A stretch of DNA of 64,000 nucleotides from Octopus sinensis (GCF_006345805.1 NC_043013.1:30628001-30692000), one strand, 5' to 3'; positions 1 to 12,715 are shown, counted from the stretch's first letter. The notes: a model not told the origin generated them from the sequence alone. Program-made: numbers and translations.

Positions 1-2
1 GG

Positions 3-105
3 AAAATACGAAAGCTAAAAGAAGCAGCACATATGCTAGGACACAACAACCTCTTAAGCAGACCGAGTGTAGATGAATAGCATATCGGCACCGGTATTAA
101 GGTAG
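3..105 (+). mobile_element. 3' end of a Penelope-like GIY-YIG coding region (fragment)
   Basis: Frame from nt 3 reads KIRKLKEAAHMLGHNNLLSRPSVD, resembling the C-terminus of PLE endonucleases (RKxxEAxxI...N); followed by a terminal-repeat-like segment with a hammerhead-like motif. Confidence 0.5.
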
Positions 106-157
106 GTTAGAAAATTATTAGATTTATAAGCCCTAAACTTCACTCCATAGTTGCCCA

Positions 158-225
158 CGGGCATATCGCGTAGTGGTTAAGAGCGAGGGCTACTTGCCGC
201 AAGATCATGAGATTCAGTGACCAGA
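158..225 (+). mobile_element. tRNA-like (SINE-head) segment inside the PLE terminal region
   Basis: GGGCATATCGCGTAGTGGTTAAGAGCG is A-box/D-arm-like; the B-box is degenerate (GAGATTCAGT). Confidence 0.4.
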
Positions 226-315
226 ACAACAACAACAATGACAATAATAATAATAATAATAATAACATCGAAAAATAACTTAGGAGTGAGAACCCAGGTT
301 CGAAATGTCCCCCAA

Positions 316-361
316 GACACATGAAGAAGGCTGGTGGGTATATCAGCCGAAACGTCGTTTT
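316..361 (+). ncRNA. Degenerate minimal hammerhead ribozyme motif
   Basis: GACAC-ATGAAGA-A-GGCTG(gtgggtatat)CAGCC-GAAAC-GTC-GTTTT. Stem II is a perfect 5 bp, GAAAC-GUC is present, C3 is changed to A, and stem I pairs 4 of 5. Confidence 0.5.
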
Positions 362-1202
362 AACAACAAACAAGATGAGATCACAGAAGTTTGGAGTATT
401 ACTGCAAAGCGGATGACAGAGTATATATATGTATATCAGTTAGATAGAGGTTTCTTTGTATATCAGCAGCATTTATAATTATCAGGCGTGATAAGAAGGC
501 ATGTACTCAGTTGCATGAACTATAACAAGACACCTATCCCCAAATACAACATCCACCGTAAAAAATTAAGAATGTTCTGTTTTGTGTAATCCTATATTTA
601 TTGTGTAAAAGACATGATTCTTATAGTCTTTGAGGATTGTTCTGCTGAATCAGTGTTAATGTTTGACTAAACAACACAGCGACAGCAGCTTCTTCATTCG
701 CCAATATTCCAATATCGGTTTAGCACAGACACATACATGTGTGATGAAATGGAAACACTCGATAGCATCAACACTCAGTTATAACACATATATCAATTAT
801 CGATAATAGACGAATAACAAAGAAAAACTGGGCCCTATAAAATCGCAATGCAAAGAGATGGTGTCATTATTAGACCGATCAAGTGACATTTATTGTTTTT
901 TCCTTTTTAATCTGAAGTATTTTTATTATATGAGTATGTGGGAGTGATAGCTCGAAGTACAAGAAAGAACATAAATGTGGAGGAGAGAGTTTGCGTAGTG
1001 ACTGATATTACTGTAGTGTAACCTTGTCCTCGGTGCACAGCCGGAATGTTTGTTATCGATTTTGAGCGAGAGATGGAGAGTGTAAGAAGAGATGGGTTTA
1101 ATTAATAAAGGAAAGGGATACGGAAAAATATATGAATCCTTCAGTTACCCGCCATCCTTTGAGTGTTCAAAGATTATTTGGTATTAATATCTAACGAATT
1201 TA

Positions 1203-1570
1203 AGGCAGCGAACTAACTGAATATTTAGCAAGCCGGGTAATATGCTTAGCGGCATTTCGTCCGTCTTCGCATACTTAGTTTAAATTGCGCCGAGATCGAC
1301 TTAGCGTTTAATTCTTTCGGGGTCGATAAATAAAGTACCAAGGGTCGATGTAATCAACTGCACCTCTACAATGATCTTGCTAACCGTGTGCCAAAATTTA
1401 AGGCAGTGAGCTGGCAGAATTATTTGCACGACGGACAAAATGCTTCTAAGTCCTGAAATTCCACCGAAGTCGACTTTACCTTTCAGTACCAGTTGAACAC
1501 TGAGAGCAGTGTAATCGACTTGACCCTTTCTGGAAAATACTGTCTTTGTATCAAAATTTGAAACCAATAT
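1203..1570 (+). mobile_element. Two tandem decayed tRNA-derived SINEs (family A)
   Basis: Two heads (GGCAGCGAACT.. at 1203, GGCAGTGAGCTGGCAGAA at ~1401), each followed by the GTCGACTT...TTTCGGGGTCGATAAA/GTACCAG core also seen at 7780-8005. Confidence 0.75.
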
Positions 1571-1624
1571 ATAGCGTATTTTCAGTAATTTTGCAAGCCG
1601 ATTAGGATTGTCTATTTTGCTACA

Positions 1625-1832
1625 TGTGAAATATTGGTTTCATATTTTGGCACATGGTCAGCAATTTCGGGGAACGGTTAAATTAATCACATCGATCCTA
1701 CTGCTCAAATGGTAGTTAATCTATTGACATCAAAATAATGAATGTTAAAATCGACGTCGGTGGAATCCGAACGCCGACCATAAAATGGACTAAATGCCGC
1801 TAAGCATTTTTCTCAACGTGCCAGCTCGCCGC
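1625..1832 (-). mobile_element. SINE family A, decayed
   Basis: Reverse complement begins GGCGGCGAGCTGGCACG...AAAATGCTTAGCGGCATTT and carries the family core. Confidence 0.7.
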
Positions 1833-4489
1833 CATTGCTACATGTAAAATGTTAATTGAAATCTCAGCAAAGATATGTGAAATGCTTCTTTCTGCAGTAA
1901 ACTGTATATAAAGTATTTATATGTGCCAAATTACGTACACACACTCACACATGCATGTATGTGTGTGTGTGCCTGCGCGCGTGTATGTATGTTGTTTAAA
2001 ATTCTGTCCCTCACACACAGGCACACATACGTTATTGCTATACTATTTATTATTTCTTAGTTTATGTAGTTCACATTCCTTTACTATTATGACACATTCG
2101 AATTATTCTAGGATAAGCAGGAAACGTTCAAGCGGTTATATTGTCACTAGTTTTATTTAACAATTTGATCGTTTAGTATCTGTTATATCATTAAAACAGT
2201 GATCCCTTTCAACCCACATAAGCGCGCCTGAAAATACATCACAGCAAATGACATTTCAACCAGAAAATGGGGCTAAAAAAAACATTAATTGTGAGTGATG
2301 AGTTAACATTCGTTTTCAAAAGGCTAGATTAAACAGAGGAAAGTTAAATTATTTCCGAGGTAGCATGATTGTCATTCAGAAGTAGACAATTGGGCGATAT
2401 ACATTAATAGAATAATCTAAAACCAATTCTGGCTGCTGCTGCTACTTACAAAATTGACACAGATACACGTAATCGACGTAGCCAAATAGATCTGACGTTC
2501 TTTTTGCAATCACGCAATGCAACAATCGATCCCTTCCTATGGCATCTTAGTTAAGTACTTGCAAATGTCTTTTTTGGGGGTAGTGAGTAAAAAGAAGAGA
2601 CAAGCAGATCATATCTGCGTGCTAGATTTCCTCGTTGCTCGTTTTCACGCAGATCATCAATCTTAGTGTCTTTAGATGAGATCATTCTTTTCTTAGAAGC
2701 GGTATTTCGACTTGAATAAATGAATATATTTTCCATTTTTCGTACTGTAATTCGGGCATCCTGGAAAAACAAAAAGAAATATCCGTGATTTGTAGAGTTC
2801 CAACAGTGACTAAAACTTAAAGAAATTGCGAATGATCAGAGTACGATAAACCGGGGTTGCTGAGTACGATAAACCAGCCTCATCTCTACGGACATAACAC
2901 CATGAGGCGACTCAAATAAAGCTCAGGAAATTTACAGCATGTAAACTTGTAGGTCTCTTTGATCCATCTGAGCACTACAAGAACCTTTGTTATCATTAGT
3001 CATATTTGGACTGAAACTATTATTTTGTCTATCGAAGTGTCAATTTTATGTATTAATATACGTTTCCGAAGACTAAATATTGAAATACAAAATCACATTT
3101 TAGTTCATATTCATTTTATCTAAGTTAAGTGTATTTTTGCTAAATTCGCTTGAAACGGGTAGAAATCATCATCACGTATGTTACGACACATACTTACAGA
3201 AAATATTTATTTCCTTCTAAGATATACGATAAGAGACATCAATAGTCAGCTCAATTCTATTTTGTAATAGGTGGATATATTAGATCAGTATTTTTATATA
3301 CAGGAAATTAATGTATATTCTCTAAAGTCTAGATAATGAAAACTATTAAAATTTCTGAGATGAAAATATTGATTTTTTTTCCTTGTTTCACATAAGATAA
3401 GTTTTGATTCACGCAAATTGAAATGCCGATTTTTTGCACAATATAAATGATGCAATTTCCTTCTTAATTCTCGAAGGGAATATATCAAGAGGACTCGTCG
3501 AATACTAGATCATGTGAGGTGGCATTTCTCTATTCGTTACCTAACACGATAGATGTTTGAATGTGTTGAGTTTTGGGAACTGGACTGAAGGCCATAAAAT
3601 ACTCAACCTTTCACCAATGAATTACAATTTTAGAAAACAGCTTATCGATCGTAAATAATTAAACATTTTGTTACGAAACAATCATTTTAGCATGTTAAAA
3701 CTTACGCGCAATATATTAATATAAAATGCAGTAAGAGATAAATGTTTATATACGTATAGCATAAGAAACATCACGAATTCCTAAGAAAGTATCCAGCCAT
3801 GTATATCACAAAATTTGACATTTATAACATAGGGTTTCAACCAAAACCTCACTAATTTAGGAACATGAATTATAACCTGCTGGAATATGCCCAGAGATAC
3901 AGCGATCAGTTTGAACATGGTGCAGTTAAAAAATAAGAAATAAGGGACTGAAGTTATATTTTCGAGATCAGTTAATACATGGATATTTACTCGAGGTACC
4001 GTGCAGGAAATCAGTCTATCGGATGTTCTGGACCCACGGATGTTATGAGAGTCTCTTCTATACGCGGCAAGAACGGACTCGACAAAAATACACACACATA
4101 GACAAGCACGCACTCACACGTGCACACATGCACTCATACGTACACACACACGCACACAAACACACACACATACACACAACATATGCACTCAGACACATAA
4201 TATATATCTGTACGTACAAGTCGGTCGTCTTCCAGATTCCGTCCACGAATCGATCCACAATGTTTTGGTCGGCCCGATGTTATTGTAGGATTCACTCACA
4301 CAAGCTGACAAGAAAAACAAATAAATTGGAGAAAAATAATTAAGTTAAATGTTTTATAGATATTTTACATAGTCGCTAAATAGGTAAATATTTCCATAGT
4401 CTCCAGATAGTCTGTCTGAGAGAGAGACAGACTATCTGTTAATAGGCTTCAGACAGATCTAATTTGGGAAATGTTTTTCTACCATTTAA

Positions 4490-5045
4490 CTTTGAAAACA
4501 TGTCCTCTGCAGTCAGGAGTTTTTAAGCAGTCGTTCATTCTTGTAGAGAAATGGGCACATGGCTTAATCTTATTCTTTTTTCACGTCATTCGTTTGCGAT
4601 AGTCTCTAGAGATAAATCCTGGTTCGCTTGCTCCACTTCCGAGGAAAAACTTGCCCGAATTTATTTCTCTGTCATCCAGTGCTAGATGTCCTTGAACATA
4701 GATAAATAATTTGAAGATATCCTGAGTGAGATCCTGCAGTTTAAAATTTTCGCACATACGGTTGACTACTCCGGTGTAGGTGATAAAAGTACCCTCCATT
4801 CTGGTATTGAATAATGAATTTCTGTCACAATAATTTTTGAAAGCAGTTTCACGGTTTCTTGGAAACCAATCTCACTCGACATTTTTAGCAGAATACAGAT
4901 ACAGTAACGCTCATGTTCAACAGAAGCTACCTTACGTATTAAAAGCCTTATCTTCCATAATACGCGGAAAAGGTAATACCCTTCTCCTGATTATGCGTAA
5001 CTTCCGAATTTGCATTAGCCACACCATCGGGCAAAAACGAGATTA
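4490..5045 (-). mobile_element. Decayed Ty3/Gypsy gag fragment
   Basis: Minus-strand frames give NQEKGITFSAYYGR, ETVKLLSKI, SLFNTR and FITYTGVVNRMCENFKLQDLTQDIFKLFIYVQG, matching invertebrate Gypsy gag motifs (G.TF.A.Y.RY; YAG.VNR.CE.F.L..LT.D.FK.L.F). Stops and frameshifts are present. Confidence 0.6.
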
Positions 5046-5612
5046 CTAGATTTTCGGACTTCGCCGAGTGTAACTCAATTAATTGTTGTTGTTGCTAATT
5101 GTTAATTAACTTTTGCTTCTCACGAATTTGCACTACTGTAGCTAATAGGTTTTCCATGATGCAGAAATTGTCAAATAACGAATGAGTTTCGAACGATTCT
5201 TGTCGTCAGTTGTTATATCTTTATGGATAAACGAATAGACTGCAACAGTGTGATAACAATATAATCAAAACAAACGGCAGTAAACACATGGAACCTAACA
5301 ACAATCGTAAGAACCATAATCCAACACGCTAACTCGAACTGCAAACTTTGGACTCCAAATTTGAACTGATTTCTTTATTATCGGTATAAAGCCTTAAATA
5401 TAGAGGAGACACTACGAGGACAGACAACACAATTTTGTTGTACATATAATGATTAACGAATGATTTATGAGATGTGGAAAATATGACAACGAAAATGGCT
5501 TTCTACCCACCAAAGTAGATAGTTGCATTTTACTGTGTTTACTATTCAGTTTGTATCTCTTTTACTGTTCAGTTTGTATTTTTTTACTGCTCAGTGTTTT
5601 TATTATATCTAG

Positions 5613-5851
5613 TTTGAGAACATGTCCTGTGCAGTAGTAAGTGGATGGTGATATGTTTTTAAGCAGTCGTTTATTCTTGTAGAAAAATGGGCACATGGCC
5701 TAATCTTATCCTGGTACGCTTGCTCCACTTCCTGAATTTATTTCTCTGTCTTCAGTGCTAGAATCCTTGAGCATAGATAAATAATTTGAAGATATCCTGA
5801 GTGAGATCTTGCAGTTTGAAATTTTCGCACATACGGTTCACTACTCCGGTG
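5613..5851 (-). mobile_element. Second, deleted copy of the same gag segment
   Basis: Aligns to 4493-4776 (e.g. ATAGATAAATAATTTGAAGATATCCTGAGTGAGATC shared) with internal deletions. Confidence 0.7.
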
Positions 5852-5854
5852 TTT

Positions 5855-6180
5855 TCTTTTTTATTTCAGCTCACGAGCTGTGGCCATGCTGAGTGTGTAT
5901 CAATTTTGTTTGTTTGTTTTTGTTTTAATTATCAGAAAACTCGTCAATCTTCAAAAGTTATCACAGGTGGTAATTCGTCGAATCGAACCCGCAATTCTTT
6001 ATTTTCTATCCTACTTCCGAATATCTCTTTCAGTCTGGCTACCTTTTCATCCTCTAATAGTACCGCTTTCATGTTTCGACTTACCGCTTTATCTGCTAGT
6101 TTCACTCTGATAATCTTTCTATCCGTTTTTCAGTTCCTACGCTTTTCTCGTATTGGTCTCCAACTTTGAACTATCAACAT
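5855..6180 (-). mobile_element. Retroposon fragment ending in the CAGCATGGCC-hairpin-GAAA tail
   Basis: Minus strand ends CTCAGCATGGCCAC-AGCTC-GT-GAGCT-GAAATAAAAAGAAAAC, the tail type seen at 47080-47125 and 57612-57670. The upstream extent is uncertain. Confidence 0.45.
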
Positions 6181-6516
6181 TACCTCACGTCAGACGGCCA
6201 CTATTGATATGTAGTGGTCCAGTCCATTTTCGGCAGGGGGCGTCATACTCTCACAGAACAGGTGATGACTCAACATCTCATATGTATATTACTTAGATGG
6301 CCACATTGTGCAGGTCAGTGACTTCCTAAGATCATTCAGAATCAGTAAATAGGATACAATACTACACGTGTGGAGAAATTTCTTCCTAAGTCTTCCGGAT
6401 TTCTGCACCTAAATGAGGTCATCACACAGAGTAAACCTAGACGAGTTGCTAGGAGAGTTAAATAAACTGAAGCTCTACCTCCTATAAAGAAGGCGCGACA
6501 AATAGGCAGCGATATA

Positions 6517-6668
6517 CCAGGGCATGAAGATTTCATGGCTTTGAGCAAAAGAAAATACAGGAAAATCAATTAATTATGATTTTATTCAACATATTCCTTC
6601 TTATTGCAGTGGTCCAACCAGGCCTTATGCGATAACTTTAAAGCCAGGGCCTTTTCAGCATCTCATCG
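6517..6668. mobile_element. Mariner-derived MITE
   Basis: TA-flanked; degenerate ends (CCAGGGCATGAAGATTTCATGGCTTT / AAAGCCAGGGCCTTTTCAGCATCTCATCG); the body is shared with 41980-42130 and 51820-51985. Confidence 0.55.
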
Positions 6669-6924
6669 TACAGATAGACGATCAGGGAAGAAAGTATCCG
6701 TGTAAATATATTCTAGCTTTGGCTCCAGGAATTGACAGTCTTTTTATCAATATTAACGTAATTTCAGAGAACAGTTGTTTTTTCATAAATAGTCTCTTCT
6801 CATTTAGTGCCTTGCAAATTACCACACAGGATTTGACATATTGTCTGTCATGTTCTTCCCACTGATCCTTCTATTTTTTTTTTTACCAAACTATAGTCAC
6901 TTATACGCGGGCGCGACCACACAC

Positions 6925-7152
6925 AAACATATATATATACATACACGTATATGTGTATGTGCGTGTGCGTATGCGTGTGTTTGTGTGTGTGTATGTATAT
7001 GTTTATACATATGTAAACATACAGTCATATATACATATCACATACATATGAGAGGGATGACCACTATGTCGACAACCCTTATGCTAGAAGTAGATTCGCT
7101 ATGGTCTTACCACGAAGAAATGTTCTCAAGAAAATTCAGCAAATATGCATAC

Positions 7153-7206
<54 letters not shown>

Positions 7207-7265
7207 ATATATATGTATATATATATGTGTATGTATACACACACATATATATACATACATACATA
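6925..7265. repeat. (CA/TG/TA)n microsatellite cluster
   Basis: Visible dinucleotide runs, which account for the overlapping spurious ORFs. Confidence 0.9.
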
Positions 7266-7779
7266 CATAACATAGTAACTAATTTGGTGGAAATTATATA
7301 TATATGATTTTCATATCATTGAACGGAATTGATGAAAAGATCAGTATTACTACTACGAATTCACAGAATATGCAAGCATCTACTTGATATTGCGTGTCTG
7401 ACTTTATATTACTCTGTTGCAAATAATTTTCCTAAATCCCCTTACAAAGAAAGCTTCTGATTCGTATTTATTGCATATAATAAGCAAGGCGGAATGTTAG
7501 TTTACGGTGATCTTAAAACCGAAGTAAAGAATATAAATTCACACTCAACATTGCTGCTATAGTTGCGTTGTTTTATTCCCACTTAATATTGGGGAGTATG
7601 TATAATAACATTATTTAATCGGCGGCATGTGAATTGACGAAAACTTACCCGCTGTAACTAACAAGTCAAACAACCACGCCAGTGCTCGTTAATTTAAAAC
7701 GAATGTAAGTTTTACAATATTAAGTTTCTCTAGATTTATTTGGAAGTCGTAATTTATTTATTTGAAATCCTTATATATA

Positions 7780-8005
7780 AGGAGCTGGCAGAAACGTTAG
7801 CACGCCGGGTGAAATGCGTAGCCGTATTTCGTCTGCTGTTACGTTGTGAGTTCAAATTCCGCCGAGGTCGACTTTGCCTTTCATCCTTTCGGGGTCGATA
7901 AATTAAGTACCAGTTACGTACTGCGATTGATGTAATCGACTTAATCCCTTTGTCTGTCCTTGTTTGTCCCCTCTATGTTTAGCCCCTTGTGGGCAATAAA
8001 GAAAT
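7780..8005 (+). mobile_element. SINE family A, well preserved
   Basis: GGAGCTGGCAGAAACGTTAG (A box) ... GAGTTCAAATTCC (B box) ... GTCGACTTTGCCTTTCATCCTTTCGGGGTCGATAAA ... 3' AATAAAGAAA. Confidence 0.85.
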
Positions 8006-8558
8006 ATATATATAATTTCTTAAACAAGATGACACTTTTTCGGGGATGTATATAACTAAATCGACCGCACCGTACGTGAATGACTCTTTATATCATTAAT
8101 TCTTTAATGATACATTGACAATGTTTAGTACAGTACTTAGTGGCGTTAATTAATTTTCCATACATAGAGACAAATATATAATAAACAGGCCATCATATTT
8201 GCCTGTCTACAAAATTTACCAACAAACTTTACTTTCGGTAATGATGTCTTACACTGACACAAGGCTATAAATTTAAAGTAAAGTAGCGTTCGAAAATATC
8301 GATCGCCAGGTACGAGACCGGTACGTATTTTATTGAACTTAGAACATAAAAAAGCTGCAAATATATACCGCGTGAATTATTGTCAAGTGCACTGACAGTT
8401 CTTTCAAACCTCCGTGCTCTATCTTGCTAATAGATAATATATCAATTGCTATAAGGTTATATGGTGTAGAAGAAAGCAGCTGATTGTATCGTCTCCGGTA
8501 CTGTACTAATACTTGGGAAAATTTCAATAGTGAAATTTAAACTCAAATTATATACTAT

Positions 8559-8597
<39 letters not shown>

Positions 8598-8704
8598 CAC
8601 GCACGCATATACATGTATGTGTGTATTAAGGATTAATTAACATTTTAGGAACCAATTCACACGACACTGTACATTACGAATCCACTTACTGTTGCTGCTA
8701 ATGC

Positions 8705-9077
8705 TGCTGATGTTGATGATGCTGAGCGAAGCGGTTCTTCTGTAGTGAGAGAAGTCCGAAACGTGGTCCTTTGCTATTCGTAAGACCTGCAGAAGAGAAA
8801 GGAGGTCAACCCCGGCACCGAGTGCATCGACGGATGGATAAATGGGCATCCAGGCTTAGCGGTTGCGTAGGAAGTCGGGGACAAGAAACAGGGAGAAAGA
8901 GTGAGAGAAAGTTGGAGCGAAAAAGTACAACAGGGGTCGCCACCACCCCCTGCCAGAGCCTCATACAGCTTTAGGTGTTTTCGCTCAATAAACACACATA
9001 ACGCCCGGTCTGGGAATCGAAACCGCGATCCTCCGACCGCGAGTCCACTGCCCTAAACATTGGGCCATTGCCCCTCC
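8705..9077 (-). mobile_element. tRNA-derived SINE family B (tail type 1)
   Basis: Minus-strand head GGAGGGGCAATGGCCCAATGTTTAGGGCAGTGGACTCGCGGTCGGAGGATCGCGGTTTCGATTCCCAGACCGGGCG; the core is shared with 13601, 15447 and 59500. Confidence 0.85.
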
Positions 9078-9139
9078 TGCTAATGCTGCTGTTGTCGCTG
9101 GTATTACTATTGTAGCTACTACTAGTTAGTGCTAACTGT

Positions 9140-9370
9140 AATAATAATAACGGGTTCAAATTTTGACACGATGCTTGCTGTTTTTGGGTGGGGTATGCTG
9201 CCTTAAATTGATACTATCAATTACCGGAACTTGAGTGGTCCTTTAACCAATCGGCTCCTGATTAATGATACACTTATGTGAAGTCGGCAGTATTTGAACT
9301 TAAATACATAAAGAGCCCGACGAAATAACGCGAGGCATTTTTCCAACAATCAAACAATTTTGTGAACCCA
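9140..9370 (-). mobile_element. SINE family A, highly decayed
   Basis: Residual GTCGGCAGTATTTGAACT (B-box complement) and CAAATTTTGACAC tail. Confidence 0.4.
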
Positions 9371-9762
9371 CATTTATTAGGCAATAATCGTCTCTTTTAG
9401 TACTTAAACTTAGTACATCGCTTCGTGCAAAAGAACTGAAGAGACCACCTTGTCAGAAATGTTAGAATTCTCTTCTGCTTTCCTTTCGCTTGAATTATTC
9501 AGCGTTTAAACCTCATTTGATTCATTCTAGTCAATGCATACTTCAATCTTCTATTTTGTCCCTGAAGCCTGCTAAAAACAGATGATGTCCTGACATTTCT
9601 TGTCTGAAATTGTCTTGTAAATATTCAACAAATAAGTCATAACAAATCTTTGCATTATACTTTGAAAAGTTCGTATGATATGTGTTATAGTGTCATTATT
9701 AATGCATCAGTTATAAAGCTATATACAAAATTACTGAAGACACTCTAAAGTGAGCCCATAGC

Positions 9763-9800
<38 letters not shown>

Positions 9801-9884
9801 TATATATATAATGTTAAAATAAATATCTAAAAAATCGGACACGTCATATTATTGAAGACGTGAATGACGCTGAGGTTCAAAATG

Positions 9885-9983
9885 AAAATTATGATGATAA
9901 TGATGATGATGATGATGATAATGATAATAATAATAATGATGATGATGATGATGATGATGATATTAATAATAATAATAATAATG

Positions 9984-10026
<43 letters not shown>

Positions 10027-10030
10027 TAAT
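9885..10030. repeat. (GAT)n/(AAT)n trinucleotide array
   Basis: Direct inspection. Confidence 0.95.
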
Positions 10031-10162
10031 CCTTTCTACTGGAAGCATAAAGCCACAAATTTATGGGGAGGGGAGAAGCCGATTACATCGACCACAGTAT
10101 TTCATTTAGAACGTAGCGACGGGTGAAATACCGCTAAGCATTTCATCGAGCCTGCTCGCCGC
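10030..10162 (-). mobile_element. SINE family A, internally deleted
   Basis: GAAATACCGCTAAGCATTTC...GCTCGCCGCC (head complement) plus tail, with the core missing. Confidence 0.55.
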
Positions 10163-10190
10163 CTATAATAATAATAGTAATAATAATAAT

Positions 10191-10475
10191 GGGATGAAAC
10201 CGTTGCCCATATCACGAGCGAATGTCCTAGACTTGTCAAAATCAACAACAAGATGTGGCAATATGACCAGGTAGCGAAAAGTGGGGGCTAGAAAGAAGCA
10301 AGATGTGGTATCAGTCAGAGATTAGCAAAATTCTGTGGAATTTCCCAATCCACACAGATCAGTTGCTAGGGCATAACAAACGGGATCTTATGGTGGTGGA
10401 CAATGTGCACCACATGTGTTATACAGTTGACGCTGCTTGCCCATTTGACCCACGAATAGTCAAGAAGGAAGGCTA

Positions 10476-10506
<31 letters not shown>

Positions 10507-10797
10507 CAACATTGTTAATACGAAATAGCCAGGCCATAGAAAATGTAGAAGCTAAAGGCAGTGCCAATTATTGGGTACTTTGGAAGGTATTAAGAGGAAT
10601 ATAAAGGTAATTAGAATAGATTGCCAAGTAGAGCTGTCACAATAGACTTGCCTCCTTGGCATGGTGAGAATAATTAGGGAAGTATCAGATAACTGAAAAG
10701 AACAAATAGCGCGGTACCGTAGTCTGCAAGTAGTGAGTTCGGTACGCATGCAAGACTCCAGGCGCTCCATCAAAACCTGTGGTAAATAGAAATTTAA
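10191..10797 (+). mobile_element. Decayed 5'-truncated R4/Dong-type LINE (RLE and 3' end)
   Basis: DETVAHITSEC (zinc-knuckle remnant), KILWNFPIHTDQLLGHNKRDLMVVD...DAACPFD (RLE), VPIIG and CLLG..RIIR. AAT repeats lie on both sides; (GATA)n interrupts at ~10478-10505. Confidence 0.7.
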
Positions 10798-11329
10798 TAA
10801 CAATAATAATCATGATGATAAAAATATACACTACGAAGAGCACGATGTAATTGCCATATATATCTTACTATCTTAAACAATATTTCCAATGCTTGCCTGT
10901 CTTTGTCGAGTTCAAAATGTGAAGTGATACAGAGAAATACAAAATTATAGAAATTCAAATTCAAAAATGTGAACGAGGGCAACCTGCGTTCGCATGTTGA
11001 CAGGATTACAACATTACTTTTCAATTTTCAAGTTTCTAATTGGCAAAAAGATAAAGAAAGAAAAGAGGAAAAAAGGAAAAAGAAGAATATTTAATCAGGT
11101 GTTTGTATATATGATGAAATTCCCTTATCGTTCTGTTTTTCTTTTCAGGGCGTGATGTTAATAACTGACAACCATATTTCTCATCATGCATTTTGAAAGG
11201 ATAGGAGATTATTTTCTGAGAATAGTTGCATTATTGTTATTGTACCTGAATCGTATCTATTTCCATTCAATCTTTTGTTTAATTGCTCTTTTATACAAAT
11301 AATATAAATCAAATTGTAATTGGTACATA

Positions 11330-12714
11330 CTACTACGTACACCAAATGGGAATGTGAAAACTATGAAAGTATTTACTAAAGATATTTGAATGCAGTTTGA
11401 GAAACATAAGTCTGCAGGATCAATGTTGAAGAGAGTCCTGAATGGAAACTGTAATGACATAAAATTACCACAAGACATATCCGCAGATCGCTGTGGAATA
11501 ATGGATACATATGCTAAGAAGTTTAAAATTACGATAGCATGATGGAACGAAAAAGGAGAAAGTTACTAAAGAATACAAGAGTAGAATTAGAAGACAATGT
11601 ATTCTAACTATAAATACATGTTTTATGCCAGTGTTAATGTACACTGCTCCCTTTGGGAAATGGGCAAATTATCTGGACATAAGTAACAGAATGCAGTTCA
11701 TAAGGCACGACGCACACCTTCCTAAAAGCAATTCCGACTTTCTGTATAAAACAAGACAGAAAGGTAGCAGAGGACGGACACTCATAATTCTGCAATATTG
11801 TATCTGAAAACGTATGATGTGCAGGATAAAGAATGAATACAAACGTCAGTCAGAGATACAAAAAAACTGGTTGCAGGAGAATTGAAATAGAAAATGGAGA
11901 ACAACAGAACAAATAAATGGAAAGAAATGGAATTTACATGTCCAATTCATGCAAGAAACGGAAAATGTTACAAATCAACAATGGTGAATCTGGTTGACGG
12001 ACGGAAACTTGAAACGAATGCCCGAAGCATTAATTACAATTCCTGAGGCACAATACATTTGAACAAATCTGATACAATCAAAGATTAACAAAACTCAATC
12101 AGACAGAACAAGTAGGGTCTGCAGCAAAGGGGACGGATGTATCAAATACATATTCGGTGAGTGCAGTATACTAGCACAAAAGGAGTAGAACCTTAAGAAC
12201 GACTGTGTAGACTACAAATTGTATTGGGATGTTAGCCGAATGTATACAAAATAACAGAAACGTGGAATGAACACGCACGAGAGGCTGTGATAGAAAATGA
12301 TAAATATAGAATATTGTGGAACGTATCCATAAAACCTGTATATACTATTGAAGTAAGAAGACCAGATATGATATATAGAGATCAAACGGCAGAAACAATG
12401 TAAGATTACAGACCTTTTCAAATCCCTATGGTAGAAGAGTCAATGCCAATCAAATTGCAAAAATATCAGGATCTAACCAGAGAGCTGAGGTCAACAATTG
12501 CATCTGTGGTAATTGGTGCACTTTGTACAGCAACCAAAATGCTATCTTAAGGATTGAAAGAGGCTGAAACCGAAACTGGCTTGGTCGAATTGATGACAAG
12601 TACCATACTATATTCTACAAGAAGCCTAATGATGATTCTTGTGAGTTGAGGAGAGCTGCTGTCATCAATCCTCAATACAAAATCCCTGCTAATCAAATTA
12701 GTATGCACTAGCTT
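11330..12714 (+). mobile_element. Decayed R4/Dong-type LINE (RT C-terminus to RLE)
   Basis: Fragments INTCFMPVLMY, PKSNSDFLY.TRQKGSRG, EC..LAQKE, ILWNV, EVRRPDMI and KYQDL.REL, collinear with the intact ORF at 42835-44976. Ends in (ATG)(ATA)(AGA) repeats. Confidence 0.7.
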
Positions 12715-12715
12715 A

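Noticed and set aside
3781-4113. 110-aa hydrophobic minus-strand ORF as a host membrane-protein exon
   Set aside because: It starts in a microsatellite, has no recognisable motif and lacks clear splice sites.
9734-9765. Hammerhead-like CTGAAGACACTCTAAAGTGAG
   Set aside because: The GAAA half of the core is absent.
9827-10126. Poly-Ile/Asn/Asp/Met ORFs (also 12716-12955, 42569-42847, 45039-45272)
   Set aside because: Translations of AAT/GAT/AGA microsatellites.
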